Shown in pieces: positions 13,656-26,553 of a DNA stretch of 64,000 nucleotides (within the stretch, counting starts at the first letter, position 1; each line of letters starts with the position of its first letter). The translations under genes were made by a program, and so were the position numbers. The notes under the pieces were generated by a model. The model did not search any database and was not told the origin of the DNA. It saw only the letters and a list, made by a program, of their open reading frames with translations. Origin of the DNA: Eledone cirrhosa (lineage: Eukaryota); assembly GCA_964016885.1 (NCBI GenBank), contig OZ024743.1:373612001-373676000 (forward strand). The letters are read 5' to 3'.

Positions 13656-14721
13656 CAAACTGAAACCTTAATACATTAAAAAAGTGAAAGCTTATCCCTC
13701 TTCCAAGTCCCCAATAATATATTAACAAATTATAAACTCCACCCACTAATCAACAATTGCCAGAAGCAAGCCTTTAAATACCCTAAAACAAGAGAAAATG
13801 TTTCCAGTTTGAAGAGGTTCATTCAAGACAAAACATGGTGGGATGGCCAGGGTTGTTAGGTTTGTGTATCTTGGGGAAGAATTAGATGATTGAGGTGCAA
13901 GGTGTGCAGACTATATATATATTTATAAGGTATAAACCAAAGTTTTAGCTGTCGCACAGCAAGTACTATTCGATTTGTTTGAGGCAATCACAAAGCACTC
14001 AATGGAGCAAAAGTAAAAAAAAAAACAAAGTCCAGAATAAACACAACAGTTAAAAAGTGTGACACCAAGAAAACCGACTGAATGCGCTGGCCATACATAT
14101 ATCACAATGATGATATGTATATATCTTTAGAGTTACTGCTTGATGGTTGAGCTCTTGCTGTTTTGACTGTGAGTGGATATATTCTATGTAGCTATTCTAG
14201 TTTTAGCATTAGCCACCTTTTGGGAATAGTCTACATAGACATTTTGAGCTAAATTGTTAAATGCTTTGATTGCTTAAATAAACAGTGAGTTGGTTTTAGT
14301 GATACTCTTCACCTTATAAGCTCACTTATCTGTTTTTATTTTTGTTCTTCCTTAGATTTATTCCCAACAGAAGCATATTTAACCCTTTTAGAATGATATT
14401 TCTGTAAAACACACTGCTTAAGTGTGGACAATTGAACAAGTCGGGTTTTGTACTAGAATATAACATGATCTCTGGTGGGTTGGTATTAAAAGGATTAACT
14501 CTCTTGATACCAACCTATATAAAACCACTTCTAGTTCTCTGGGTTGGTCTTGAAAGGATCAAAACTCTTGATACCAACCTATATGAAACCACTTGTAGTT
14601 CTCTGATTTAAAAAACTACTATTTTTTTCAATATATCTATATTAATAATAATAAAAAAAAACCTTGCATCATAATTTTATAAGAGCCTCTGATATGTTCC
14701 AAATACTAGATTAATATTGTC

Positions 14722-15033
14722 TAAAAAAAGTCTAAAGTCTCTCTTAAACCAGGAGGCTTGTTAGGCCGGTGTTTATCCCGGTTTCATAGCGTGAAGCAAC
14801 TGAGAGTACAGGACTCCCCCAAGACAGGATGCTAGTCCATCGCAGGGTTAAACCCCCAGCTATTGCTGGTGCTCATTTTCAGTTGAGTATACTGGGGCAA
14901 TGTGAAATGAAGTGTTTTGCTCAAGAACACAACACAACACACAACCCAGACCAGGAATCGAACCTACGACATTGTTGAACTTACAATTATGATTGTAAGT
15001 TCAACACCCTTACCACTAGGCCACACACCTCCA
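14722..15033 (-). mobile_element. tRNA-derived SINE with CORE-like body
   Basis: Minus strand has A-box TGGCCTAGTGG and B-box GGTTCGATTCC; second copy at 56649-56943. Confidence 0.85.
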
Positions 15034-15360
15034 CTGATTAATAATGAGAAAATTATATTATTGAATCTCTCCAAATTCTTGATTATTTTCAAAATTATTT
15101 GAAAACCATTGGGTATCTCTGATCAGAAATATGAACACAAAAGGGTTAAATGCTTTGATACCTAAATAAACCATAATTGTTTTTAGTGATATTCTTCACA
15201 AATGTATTTTCCTTAGATTTATTCCCAGTGGAAGCATGTTTAACTATATGTGTTGATATTGTAGAGATGTGAAGCATTGCATGATTTATCTAATTCCTTT
15301 TGTTTTGCTTTAAGTTATCATTGTTTGCCCCTTCTTTTTCTTTTATACACACACATATGC

Positions 15361-15391
<31 letters not shown>

Positions 15392-15445
15392 CACACACAC
15401 ACATTATATATATATATATATATATATATTGTTGCCTGATCGCAG

Positions 15446-15766
15446 ATGTCTTTAGCTCCTCCTGCAGTAGCTCTGTGACCAGTGAATCACCACAGTATGC
15501 CTCTGTTATGAAATCACTCACTTCTCCTGCCTTGCATATATGTAACGGCGCAGGACCATTGATTGATCAAGATTACTCCTGCCATGATAGCAGCATTGGT
15601 CAATTATCGACTGCGTCGTCAAAATGTCGCCTAGCTGGACCGATGACCTCTGGCTCTAAAAACTACCATTACAAGAAGCACCATAGAAGGTCATCATCTG
15701 GGGACAAATGGAAAGTTCAAGTCAGTCAGGAACTAAAAGCTGAAATTGCAAAGTTTTCAGGCAAAG
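15446..15766 (+). CDS. BLTP1: Probable BLTP1 exon, Ser-rich linker (DVFSSSCSSS...AEIAKFSGK), 321 nt, phase 1-1
   Basis: Open, GC-richer segment bounded by CGCAG| and AAG|GTTGGC; phase matches exon 21947; I do not recognise homology in this part. Confidence 0.65.
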
Positions 15767-16278
15767 GTTGGCTTTATTTGTTCTCTTTAAGTTTCTTTAT
15801 GATTTATATTTATGCAAATTTATGCAATTTTATTTTTAAACATTGTTTTGCACCGAATGCCTTGTTTATTTTTTTCCTCTCAATGTTTTTATCACATAGC
15901 TTTCGTTGAATAGTAGTGTTAGTGTTGCTCTTCAAATGAGAGATAATTTTAGGATTGTACTTTTGTCACGGTCATGTGATTTTATATTGGTAAAATGTAA
16001 TGTTAAATATTTAAAATAATTTTAATTACATTTTTTTTCAAATTTCATGGTGTTTATACAACAATAATGAAATGAATCCTAATTTTGAAAATAAAAATAG
16101 TTATTTAGTAAAATGAAATAAATAAATGAATGAATATAGTAATAAAATAAATAAATGAAAAAAAAAAAAAAATGGCAGTGCTCCAGCATGGCCACAGCCT
16201 ACAAGATGGAGGAGGTAAAAGAATAAAGTAAATGAAAAATAAATAAATGATGTTGTTATACACTATGGGTGCATTTGG

Positions 16279-16507
16279 TTAACCTTTTAACATTTACATT
16301 ACTCTATATTTGTTGTTATATTTTCACAGTAAACACTTTATCTCACATAATTATCTCACATAATATCGAATCTACAAGATTTTGATATTATTTATTTTGA
16401 GAACAATACCTTAACATAAGTATGAGCAGCCAATTATGGTCGGTTTGAACAGAAAGAGGTGAGAGAATTCTGGTTGGATACAGCGGGTTTAAATGCTAAA
16501 GGGTTAA
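16279..16507 (-). mobile_element. piggyBac-like MITE (about 225 bp)
   Basis: TTAA flanks with TIR CCCTTTAGCATTTA; same family as 16553, 18828, 22293 and 53872. Confidence 0.85.
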
Positions 16508-16552
16508 AGCCAATTATAAGATTGCTCACACTGAAATATTATAAATATAGTA

Positions 16553-16779
16553 TTAACACTTTAGCTTTTAAACCGGCCATATCCGGTCAGAATTCTCTCA
16601 CCTCTTTCTGTTCAAACTAGCCATAACCAGCTGCTTATACTGATGTTAAGGTATTGTTCTCAAAATAAATAATATCAAAATCTTCTAGATTTGATATTAT
16701 GTGTGATAATTATGGGAGATAGTGTTTACTGTGAAAATAGAATAGTAAATATAGAGTACTGTAAATGCTAAAGGGTTAA
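16553..16779 (+). mobile_element. piggyBac-like MITE, inverted relative to the adjacent copy
   Basis: TTAA...TAAATGCTAAAGGGTTAA; internal CCGGTCAGAATTCTCTCACCTCTTTCTGTTCAAAC. Confidence 0.85.
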
Positions 16780-16861
16780 AGAAAGCAAAAATTTGAGAAA
16801 AAAGGAAAGGAAAGAAGTTGAGAAATTAAATATACACTATTTTATAGGTATGTTACATTGA

Positions 16862-17100
16862 TCAAAAAGAAAATGCAATTGACAGTCTAACACCCTTTAC
16901 TCTCTCTAGCTGGGACAGCAAATCTGTCACAAGGTTAACTTCCAGCTGCTGCTGACAGTCATTTTGTTCAGCTGGGATGACTGGAGCAGTGTGAAATGAA
17001 GTGTCTTGCTCAAAGACATCATGCAATGTCTGGCCTGTGAAGCACACTCATGAACTTATGATTGAGAGTCCTACATCTTAACCACAAGGCCACACACTTT
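16862..17100 (-). mobile_element. Degenerate tRNA/CORE-type SINE
   Basis: GTGAAATGAAGTGTCTTGCTCAA core and CTTAACCAC A-box complement shared with the 14722 family. Confidence 0.65.
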
Positions 17101-17559
17101 CACAAAACAAATTAAATAAATAAACATATGAGACACATATTTGTGATTTTTTTATGTGTGACACTCATGCACACAACTACTTTTGGAACGTTTTTTTACT
17201 AGCCTATTCTTTTTTATGTCATTAAAATTAATTATTATTTCGCTGTTTCCCCATCCTAATGACTTCTTTTAAAAACAAAATGTTTAGAGCCCAACAACAT
17301 TAAATGAAGATTAACTGTTTAATATAATCAATTATTAATCAGTTGATTAGCTGCATAGTTTATTTCTTGCAGCAGCAGTGTGGTCACATTTTTCATTCGT
17401 CAGATAACGAAATGATAAAAAAAAGACAGTTAAACAAATGGAGTTTATTTTTAGTGGAATGCCTCTAACATTTACTGTTTGTTGGTTTCACATTAATCTC
17501 TCCTTCCAGTATTATTTTATTGTTTCTCTTGTTTTCTTCCTTACCTCATGCACAAAGTG

Positions 17560-18075
17560 TTGAGATACCTAATATGTTTAAATCAACATCTATCATCAAG
17601 ATAAGGACAGTCTTTTCCACATTGTTAATATACCTAATATGTTTATTAAAACTACATTTATCATCAAATTAGTGATAGTATTTTCCACACTGTTGATATA
17701 TTTAATATGTTTATTAAAACATCATTTATATGGGGATAGTCTACTCCACACTGTTTAGATACAGTTATCAAGATATAGTTTATTCCACATTGCTGATATA
17801 TGTTTATTAAAACATTTATCATCAAAGTAATAGTAGTATTTTCCACACTTAATATTTATTTAAACAATGTTCAACATCAATATAGGGATAATGTGTTCTA
17901 CTCTATTGATATATTTAATGTATTTATTAAAACATTTAACATTTATATAGGGATAGTGTTTTCCACACAATCCCGCCCTTGTTCGCAGGGAAAGCTGAAT
18001 ATTAAGTGAAGCTGATGATGGTGACATTATTGATATACCTTATGTTTATTAAAACAATATTTACCATCAAAATAA
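17560..18075. repeat. Degenerate tandem repeat of about 60 bp, about 8 copies
   Basis: Recurring TTCCACAC..TGTTGATATA..TATGTTTATTAAAACATTTATCATCAA. Confidence 0.75.
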
Positions 18076-18827
18076 AGGTTAGCTGGGGACAAACTTTATA
18101 AGATGGGAGGTAGTTTTTGACTTAGCCCTAATTTTAGTGTGGTTATTTAGAAGATTTCTGTTTGTTTTGATTTTGAGTTATGGTGCAGCTTTATGTTAGG
18201 AATGGTGAAAAGGATTACAATTTGATACCATCTACAACATTGGGTAAAGTTTGTTTTGTGTGTGTGTGGGAGGGTGGGGGGGGGGGGTGAAAAAGTTTAC
18301 AAAATTGTGAAGCGGATTGAACCCCGCAACACACCATTTAGAAAATGATACAAATTCTAAATGTTTTTTTATTGTAATCACTGTAAGTTGGGAGACCTTA
18401 GAAATAGATTCAGTTAATATTTGTGTTGTTGTTTTGACATTTTTATTACCATATTTCTAATGAAAGACACTGTCTGTTATTTTCAAATAATTTAGAAAAT
18501 AATCATGAATTTGGAGGGATTTAGTAATATAACTAACTCAGTATTAAGTTAAACAGAGGTTCTTACATAAAAGTATGATAGAAGGTTTTTTGATAACTAT
18601 AAGCACTTTAAAATAATCAGCTTAGCATTGTAGAAATGGAGTAGTTTCATGTAGTTTGGTATCAAAATAAAGTCAAATTTGGCAGTTGCTTGTAGCAGGT
18701 TAAGATTCCACTCTTACTACCTTTGCTATCAGCTTTGCTGACAATTTGCTTCCTTGCTATGATCATATAAACACTTTTAAGTGTTTATATTTATCTATAA
18801 ACATTGTTATATTTTATGTAAAACCCC

Positions 18828-19043
18828 TTAACCCTTTAGCATTTAAACCGGCCATATCCGGTCAGAATTCTCTCACTTCTTTCTGTTCAAATTGGCTATA
18901 ACCAGCCACTAATACTGACATTAAAGTATTGTTCTTGAAATAAATAATATCACCATCAAAATCTCATAGATTCGATATTATGTGAGATAACACCTTTACC
19001 ATGAAAATATAATAGTAGAGTAATGTAATTGTTAAAGGGTTAA
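18828..19043 (+). mobile_element. piggyBac-like MITE
   Basis: TTAACCCTTTAGCATTTA...TGTTAAAGGGTTAA. Confidence 0.85.
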
Positions 19044-19671
19044 GTTATGTTTGAAACACCAACCTAATAAAAAGAAAGTTTCTTAAATGAATAAATCCCT
19101 CCAAATTCTTAATTTTTTAATTTTTTTAATTTTTAATTTAAAAAAAAAAAAAATCATAAGCAGTAACTTCTATTAGAAATATGGTAAAAAAAGGGGTTAA
19201 CCCATTTGGTAGCAATTCACTTGAGACTGCCACAAATATTATGACATATTATGACAAACTTTCTCTTTTAAAGTGTTCATGTCTAAAAACATTCCAATAT
19301 AATTTATGTAAGGCCATCTTGTATTCCAAATAAGTTTGATAAAAAAGTGTCTTAATTTCTTAATTAATTTTCAGAATTAATGAAAACACAGACTGATTAA
19401 AAAACAAACAAAAAAAAACTGCTTGTTTCAAAGTGTACATATTCTTAAACACATTTGTCATTATTTTATTTAATAACCTTTAAGTTGTTTTCCAAATACT
19501 AGATAATGGATAAGTAGGCTATTTTAATAATCCTTCCAAATTCTTGGTTTATTTTCAAATTAATTGAAACACACACATATATAATTGTTTTGTTATATAA
19601 CCCTAGCCAACACCACAATAAAATTAAACAAATACAACAAACCTAAATTTCCCATGAAAATACAATTACTT

Positions 19672-19990
19672 AGGTAAAGACCCTCTCTGGTCACAAATGA
19701 TCATGGGATTTGCACTTAGAAAGTTCCCCTCTGAGGTGCAAGCCTGGGCAAGGTTGTTTGTGGAAGACCAGCAATTGTCCATGCATACCAGTCTCCCTCT
19801 CCATACCACTGATATCCAAGGGAAAAGCAAAGACTGATACAGCTTGGCACCAGTGATTTCGCAACTCATTTCTACAGCTGATTAAACTGAGTAAACAGTG
19901 TCTGGCTCAAGGACGCAACACATCACCTGGTCTGAGAATCGAACTCACAATCTCCTGATTGCAAACCCAAAGTTCTAACCACTAAGCCAT
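19672..19990 (-). mobile_element. tRNA-derived SINE
   Basis: GAGAATCGAACTC (B-box complement) and CTAACCACTAAGCCA (A-box complement); head related to 30040. Confidence 0.75.
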
Positions 19991-20289
19991 TAAATATATT
20001 TAACATAGAAAAAAAAAAATGTCCAAATACTAAATACTATCTAATCATTAACATATGAAACTTCTAACCAAGTAAGAATCTAAATCAAAATTATAACATA
20101 AAAAAGACAATAATATAATAGAATTAAAACTATAAATTAAAAATATGGTTTATTTTATTTAAAATATGGTTACAAAAGGGTTAATTGTCCTTGTAAAGGA
20201 AAAACATATTGAAGAATAAAGTTCTGAAAATAAAATACTTGCAAATGATATAAGAGAACCATCTTAGCTGAAACAGTGGCCAAGCACTA

Positions 20290-20630
20290 ATAATGGTTTC
20301 TAATTTAGGCTCAAAGCTAACGTTTATTAGAGAGGGGGAAAGTCAATGAAATCAACTCAGTGCATTATGACCCTTTGTTTTATCGACGCCGTAAGGATGA
20401 AAGGCAAAGCTAACCCTTGGCGGGATTTGAATAATAATAATAATAATAGGCACAAGGCCAACGATTTTGGGAGAGGGGCAAGTCAATTAAATCGACCCCA
20501 GTGTGTTACTGGTACTTTGTTTTATCGACCGACACCTTAAGGATGAAAGGCAAAGATAATCTCGGCAGGATTTGAAATCAGAACATAAAGGGATGTAATT
20601 CTATGCCACAAAACATGGTGTCTAATGCTC
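20290..20630 (-). mobile_element. Two tandem or nested CORE-type SINE copies
   Basis: AAGGATGAAAGGCAAAG...GGATTTGAA occurs twice (about 20393 and 20539). Confidence 0.75.
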
Positions 20631-21412
20631 AAAAATATAAAAACTCCTTCATAGCATAACAGAGCATACAAATCAATAGACTCTAATCAATATGAAATGA
20701 GATCAAATTTAAAAGAAATTTAAATTCAAAAGCAACATTGCATATAAAACATATTGATGATCAGTGATTTTTGAATTAACATATTTTGTTGGTTTTCATT
20801 TGGGAGGGTTAAATAATGTTATTTTGTTGACAAACTCAGGAGACACAAAATGTTATAAAATGACATGTTTGACATTTTTTTTATGAATCTTGTTTAAGAT
20901 GTTAAATATTCTCTCAAAATTGTTTGTTTTTGTTTTTATTTAAATTACTAAGGCACTTGTATTGTTGTCAGTAATGTATATTTTATGTATTTTCTCTCTC
21001 TCTTTATCTTTACATCTCTCTCTTTCTTTTTCTCTCTCTTTCTATCTTTCTCTCTTTCTTTCCCCTCTCTCTTTCCCCTCTCTCTTTCTTTTTCACCCCT
21101 CTCTTTCTCCCACTTTCTATAATTCTTGCTTTCTTTCTGTCTCACCTCTTTGATTATTCTAATTGTTTGATCTTTTATCTCTTTGACTCACCATGCTCTC
21201 TCTCTCTCTCTCTCTGAGAGAGAGAGATAAACATACATAAATACACACGCACACATATATACATACACACACACACATACACACACACACACATACAGGT
21301 GTTGGTACAAATGAATTAAAAGAAGAATCAACATATAATGTGGAAGTTAATTATGCATTATTATAGGTTTAATTTAATATGCAATAGGAATACTGTTAAC
21401 ACACACACACAC

Positions 21413-21552
21413 GCTGATGCAGTAGCCTGTTACTGTGGGGTTTTTCCAGTGTCCTGGAGGTTTCTCAAACAGTGTTGTTGATTGGATCTGCAACAGTCTT
21501 AGCAACCCCCAACAGAGAAAAAATTCCAGTGTAACAGGCCACTGAATCAGCC
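21413..21552. mobile_element. Short MITE-like inverted repeat
   Basis: GCTGATGCAGTAGCCTGTTAC pairs with GTAACAGGCCACTGAATCAGC. Confidence 0.6.
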
Positions 21553-21847
21553 TTAATGAGTTATTAATCTCTACTGTTGTATTGAGTACTCATTCTCACA
21601 TTCACCAATACTAAACAAACACAAATGTATTTTATCTCCCTTTTTCTCTCTTTTCTTTCTCTTCATCTCTATTTTCCTCACTGCTCCTCCTGCCCCCCCC
21701 CCCCCCATCTTTTATACTTTCTCTCCTTTCTCTTTCTTTCTATCCATTTCACTCCTCTCCCTTTCCCCAACTGTCTCTCTTGTCACCCCTCCTTTCTCCT
21801 TTATCTGATACGAAGGTAAATATCAATTCATTACTATGTACAGTTCT

Positions 21848-21882
<35 letters not shown>

Positions 21883-21946
21883 ATCTATGTGTTATTTTTT
21901 CTTCTCCTCATCTCATATCAACTTCATACACCTACCATCACTGCAG

Positions 21947-22205
21947 GTATCAGTGCCTCAGTTCCACCATCCCCGGATGCACCCAATCTTGACACAGTCA
22001 GTGCACCACCACCGAAGGCGACTACCTCGAAGAACAAGTCTGGAATCGGCCAGTACTTCTCTCCAGAATTAGGACGACACCGCAACAACTCAGGTCATCA
22101 GACTGCCGGTGTGTCCACAGCTTGGGAGACACTAGTGCTGTTTGCTGTCAACTTGTCCACCCTCGATGTCAACGTTAACATGAGTAATGTCATGGGCAAT
22201 ACAAC
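21947..22205 (+). CDS. BLTP1: BLTP1/KIAA1109 exon (…TAWETLVLFAVNLSTLDVNVNMSNVMGNT)
   Basis: CTGCAG| and AC|GTAAG; motif NMSNVMGNTTW recognised from the KIAA1109/tweek C-terminal region; phase 1-2. Confidence 0.93.
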
Positions 22206-22292
22206 GTAAGATTCATTTTATTTTTTTTTTTTTAATTGTTGGTTATTGTTTTTATGTATTTTCTTGTCATATCCTCTAACCCAAACACTAAA

Positions 22293-22521
22293 TCAACTCT
22301 TTAGCATTTAAATCGGCTGTATCCAGCCAGAATTCTCTCACCTCTTTCTGTTCAAACCGGCTGTAACTGGCTGCTCGTACTTATGTTAAGGTATTGTTCT
22401 CAAAATAAATAATATCAAAATCTCATAGATTCGATATTATGTGAGATAATTATACGAGATAAAGTGTTTACCATGAAAATAAAATAGTAAATTTAGAGTA
22501 ATGTAAATGCTAAAGGGTTAA
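22293..22521 (+). mobile_element. piggyBac-like MITE
   Basis: Same TIRs and internal sequence as 16553. Confidence 0.85.
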
Positions 22522-23639
22522 TTGAAACTGAAATTTCAAATGTACTGTTACCATCATATTTGGTAGAAGGGCTTATAAAGGCATTAGTTGCATATTTCTC
22601 TGTAGACTGAGAGAGGTGTACATGGTCTTTAATGGTTATTATCCAAAACTCAGGTCAGATCATCATCCTCATCATTTTACACCAGCTTTCCATGTTTGCA
22701 TGAGTCAGATAAATTCTCACAGTCCAAGTCAGTTTTTATTCATAGCTACAGCCTCACTAAATTGGTTGTGGACCATGTTGCATTCATACATTCCAAATTT
22801 TGGTATGCTTTTTATGACTGGATGTCCTTTCTAACCAGGACTATCACTTTACAGAGTATACTAGGTGCATTTTATCATGGTACCAACACTAGAGAGGCTG
22901 TCATGTTCTCGGCAATACTAAAGTGTCATCTCTATACTCTGCTGTCTCTATTTAATAGTCAACACCTTTACAGAGTGTACTGGGTGTATTTTCTTGTGGT
23001 ACCAGCACTAGAGAGGTTATATCTTCGACAAGGCTAAAAGAGCCTTCTCTAATGTATGTTATCTCTAATAATCACCATCTTTATAGAATGTACTGAGTGC
23101 ATTTCATCAAGCTACCAATACTAAAGAGGTTGCCCTGTCTTTGACAAGTCTAAAGAACACTCATTACCCTGCATTGTCTCTATATGACCATCAACCATAT
23201 TTCACTCAACAAGGCTATTATAGAAGGTACTTACCACTTGTGGTTACAAAACAAACTCTTTAACAACACAGCCATGCCTACACCTATATTACTTATATAT
23301 GTATCAAAACAAATTAGGATATGCAAAGTTGTGTGATTAGCTATTGATTTTATTCTTCCTATTGGAAAACAGTAAAAGTGGACGATTATGAGATCAATAT
23401 GGTTGAGCTGAACTTTATTATTTCCAGCTTCTCGTTACTTGATGTAAACCTCCTTCCTCTCAGTTGTATTGCTTTTTGTCCTTGTACTGTCTGTCTCTGT
23501 TTTGGGCTGTTGTGGATAATAAAAAAATATTGTTATTATTATTACTGCTATTTTTATCATCATAATTATTCAGTAGTCTTATTTGTATTACATGCTGTCA
23601 CAACATTGCTGAGCACAGCTCTGTGTGTCTTGCTGTGTT

Positions 23640-23926
23640 TAGTGTTGGATTTATAAACATTTTTTGGGGGGGTGGGGTCCCTCATACATAAAAAATTAAA
23701 ATACACAGCAAACCCCCCAATTTTACAGATCAAAGTTAGCTTGGTGCAAGTAATTGGAATTGAAAAGTTATAAATACAGGTATTAAATTAAAAGATTCTA
23801 ACCATCTTAAACTAAAAAGCCCAGCTGAGGGCACAAATAAATTACTCCGGCCATCGCTGGTGGGATCCCTCACTGAAAGGGACCTGGGGCAATTTCCCCC
23901 TTTGTCCCCTATTAAATCCTGCTCTG
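23640..23926. mobile_element. hAT-like non-autonomous element with 8-bp TSD
   Basis: GCTGTGTT duplicated at 23632-23639 and 23927-23934; imperfect TIR TAGTGTTGGATTTA / TAAATCCTGCTCTG. Confidence 0.75.
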
Positions 23927-24949
23927 GCTGTGTTAGGTTTTGGTGGTGCTGTTTTTATTGTATTAGAAGTACTCTATGTAATATGTTCAATGCCTTGTGC
24001 TATTTTCTATATGTTTATACATTTGTATGTACTGAGGATTTTGATTATGTATTTATTTACATGTTTTTCTTTGAATTATTTCCAATGAATTATCATAGGA
24101 ATTATTCAGATTATTTCTGTTTTCAACATCCAAATCTAGATTATCCCTATAATGATATAACACAACAACATAATAAGGAGTCATTCACATATTTAATCAA
24201 ATACACTGTTTTGAGATTTACAAAAGATTGCACATTGGAAAATAATGAAAATTAACATAATTTAATTCTACCTGATATTTGGAATAAGAATAAAATAATG
24301 CTGTGTGTATCCTAGAATGGGTGTACCATATTCCTGTGTATTGTAAGAGGCAGCTAAAAGTGTTCACAGACACACACACGGAATGCACAGGACAAAGGCA
24401 AAGGAAAAAAAAAACAATGGAAAGATGGACAGTCCTATCTATTCAGTCAAACTCTGGAAACCACTATGGTTTCAGTGAATTAAGGTTGATACTTTTCATT
24501 CCAGTGCACATAGGGACATAATAAAAAAACAGGTAGAGACAAGTTATGCCTTTAGGGGAATTACAAAAATATAGAAAGGAGTGAAATAGTAAAACAGAAG
24601 AGAATAAGGACTGTTGTCCAATGTATATGTATAGGTTGGGCTTCCATTCACATGCCATTACCCAACCTTCATGGCTGTAGCAGAAAACATATGTCCAAGG
24701 TGCCACACAGTGGGACTTAACCTGAATCCATGTGGTTGCATAAGGAATTTCTTAAGCACATAGCCATGCTTGTAACAATAAAATAATGTAAATCTTCAAT
24801 AGAACACAGTAGTTGTCAGTAAATTAGAGAAAGCTCTCACTGTCACATAAGAAAAATAGATAAAGGCTGCTGATTAATTCTCTTATTAAATTAGATTACA
24901 TGAAATATTCCACAGTGAGAATCTTGTTACATAGATTGGGGAGATATGT

Positions 24950-25225
24950 GAGGCTGTGGCGTGGTGGTGTGTGTGAGGCTGTACTGTGATGTGGTGTGAA
25001 GCTGCACTGTGGTGTGGTGTGAAACTGCACTGTAGTGTGTGGTGTGGTGTGAGGCTGCACTGTGGTGTGGTGTGAGACTGTACTGTGGTGTGGTGTGGTG
25101 TGAGACTGTACTGTGGTGTGGTGTGAAACTGCACTGTAGTGTGTGGTGTGGTGTGAGGCTGCACTGTGGTGTGGTGTGAGGCTGTACTGTGGTGTGGTGT
25201 GAGACTGTACTGTGGTGTGTGGTAT
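24950..25225. repeat. Minisatellite of about 23 bp (GTGGTGTGGTGTGAGGCTGCACT)
   Basis: About 11 visible units, followed by GGT-rich low-complexity DNA to about 25990. Confidence 0.9.
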
Positions 25226-26116
25226 GATGGGAGTGATTTCTTGTTGTTGAATAGTTTATTTTATTTGATGTGTTTGTTTTGTTATCATTGGTGGGGATGG
25301 TAGTGGGGGGAAGGCTGTGTTGGTAGATTGTAGTGGTGATGGTGGGTGGTGGTGGTGGGACTGGCTGTGTGTTGGTGGTAGATGGTAATAGTGATGGTAG
25401 GTGGTGGTGGTGGGACTGGCTGTGTGTTGGTGGTAGATGGTAGTGGTGATGGTAGGTGGTGGTGGTGGTGTGGTTATTCTTTGGTGGTAGATGGTAGTGG
25501 TGATGGTGGGTGGTGATGGTAGTAGGGCTGATTGTGCGTTGGTAGTTGTGATGGTGGGTGGTTAGTGGTGTGTGGTGATGGTGGTGGTGGTGGTGGGGGT
25601 GGGGGGTCGTAGTGGTGTGGTGTTGGTAGGGTGGTGTGGTTGTTGTACTTGGTGGTAGATGGTAGTGGTAGGTGGTGATGGTAGGTGGTGGATGGTAGTA
25701 GTGTATTGTTTGTAGCGGTGGTAGTTGTCGTGGTGTGGTTTTTGTTTTTGTAATGGTGGTGGTCCTGGTGGTTATGTGGTGTGGTAGTGTTATTGTTGTG
25801 ATGTTGTCATTGTTGTGGTGATGGTATTGTCGTTATGGAGTTGTTGTGGTGGTAGTGTTGTTATTGTGGTGGTGGTTATGTGGTGGTTTTTGCAATGGTG
25901 TTATTGTTTTATATATATAGATGTGTATATCCAGTTTAGAATAGGTACACTGATGGTGTTGTGGTTGTGTGATGCATTGTTGTTGTCATTACTTCATAGT
26001 ATTTCGTCTGGCTCTTTTTGAGGTCAATAATCTAAAGTACCAGTAACGTACTGGCATCAATATAGGTAACTTTCCCCTCTTCCAAATTTGCTGCCCATGT
26101 ACCTAAATTAGATATT

Positions 26117-26520
26117 AAGGTTGGTGGATTGGCAGAATTGTTAAAGTGTCTGACAAAATACTCTGGTGGCATTTAGTTATAGCCCTTTACATTCTGAGTT
26201 CAAATCCCGCCTAGGTCAATTTTGCCTTTCATGTTTCTAGGAGTTGATAAAATAAAGTACCAGTAATTTACTGGAGTTGATATTATCAACTTTCTCCCTT
26301 GCAAATTGCTAGCTTGTGCCTAAATGAGAAATCAAGGTCAGCAGATTGGTAGAATCCTTGGGACATCAGACAAAATGCTCTAGTAGTATTTAGTTATGGC
26401 CCTCTGTGTCATAAGTTCAAACCCTGCTAAGGTCAACTTTGCCTTTCATCCTTCAGGAGTCAATATAATCACCTCCTGCTCCCCGAAAATTGCTGGCCTT
26501 GTGCCTAAAATAGAAATTGT
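26117..26520 (+). mobile_element. Tandem CORE-type SINE copies abutting an exon acceptor
   Basis: GAGTTCAAATCCCGCC..GGTCAA(T/C)TTTGCCTTTCAT occurs twice. Confidence 0.75.
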
Positions 26521-26553
26521 TGTTATGATTATTATGTTTTCTTCTCTCCAAAG

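Noticed and set aside
13920-14105. Unique fragment between (TA)n tracts, suspected PLE tail (similar case at 32865-32960)
   Set aside because: No hammerhead core or inverted repeat found on either strand.
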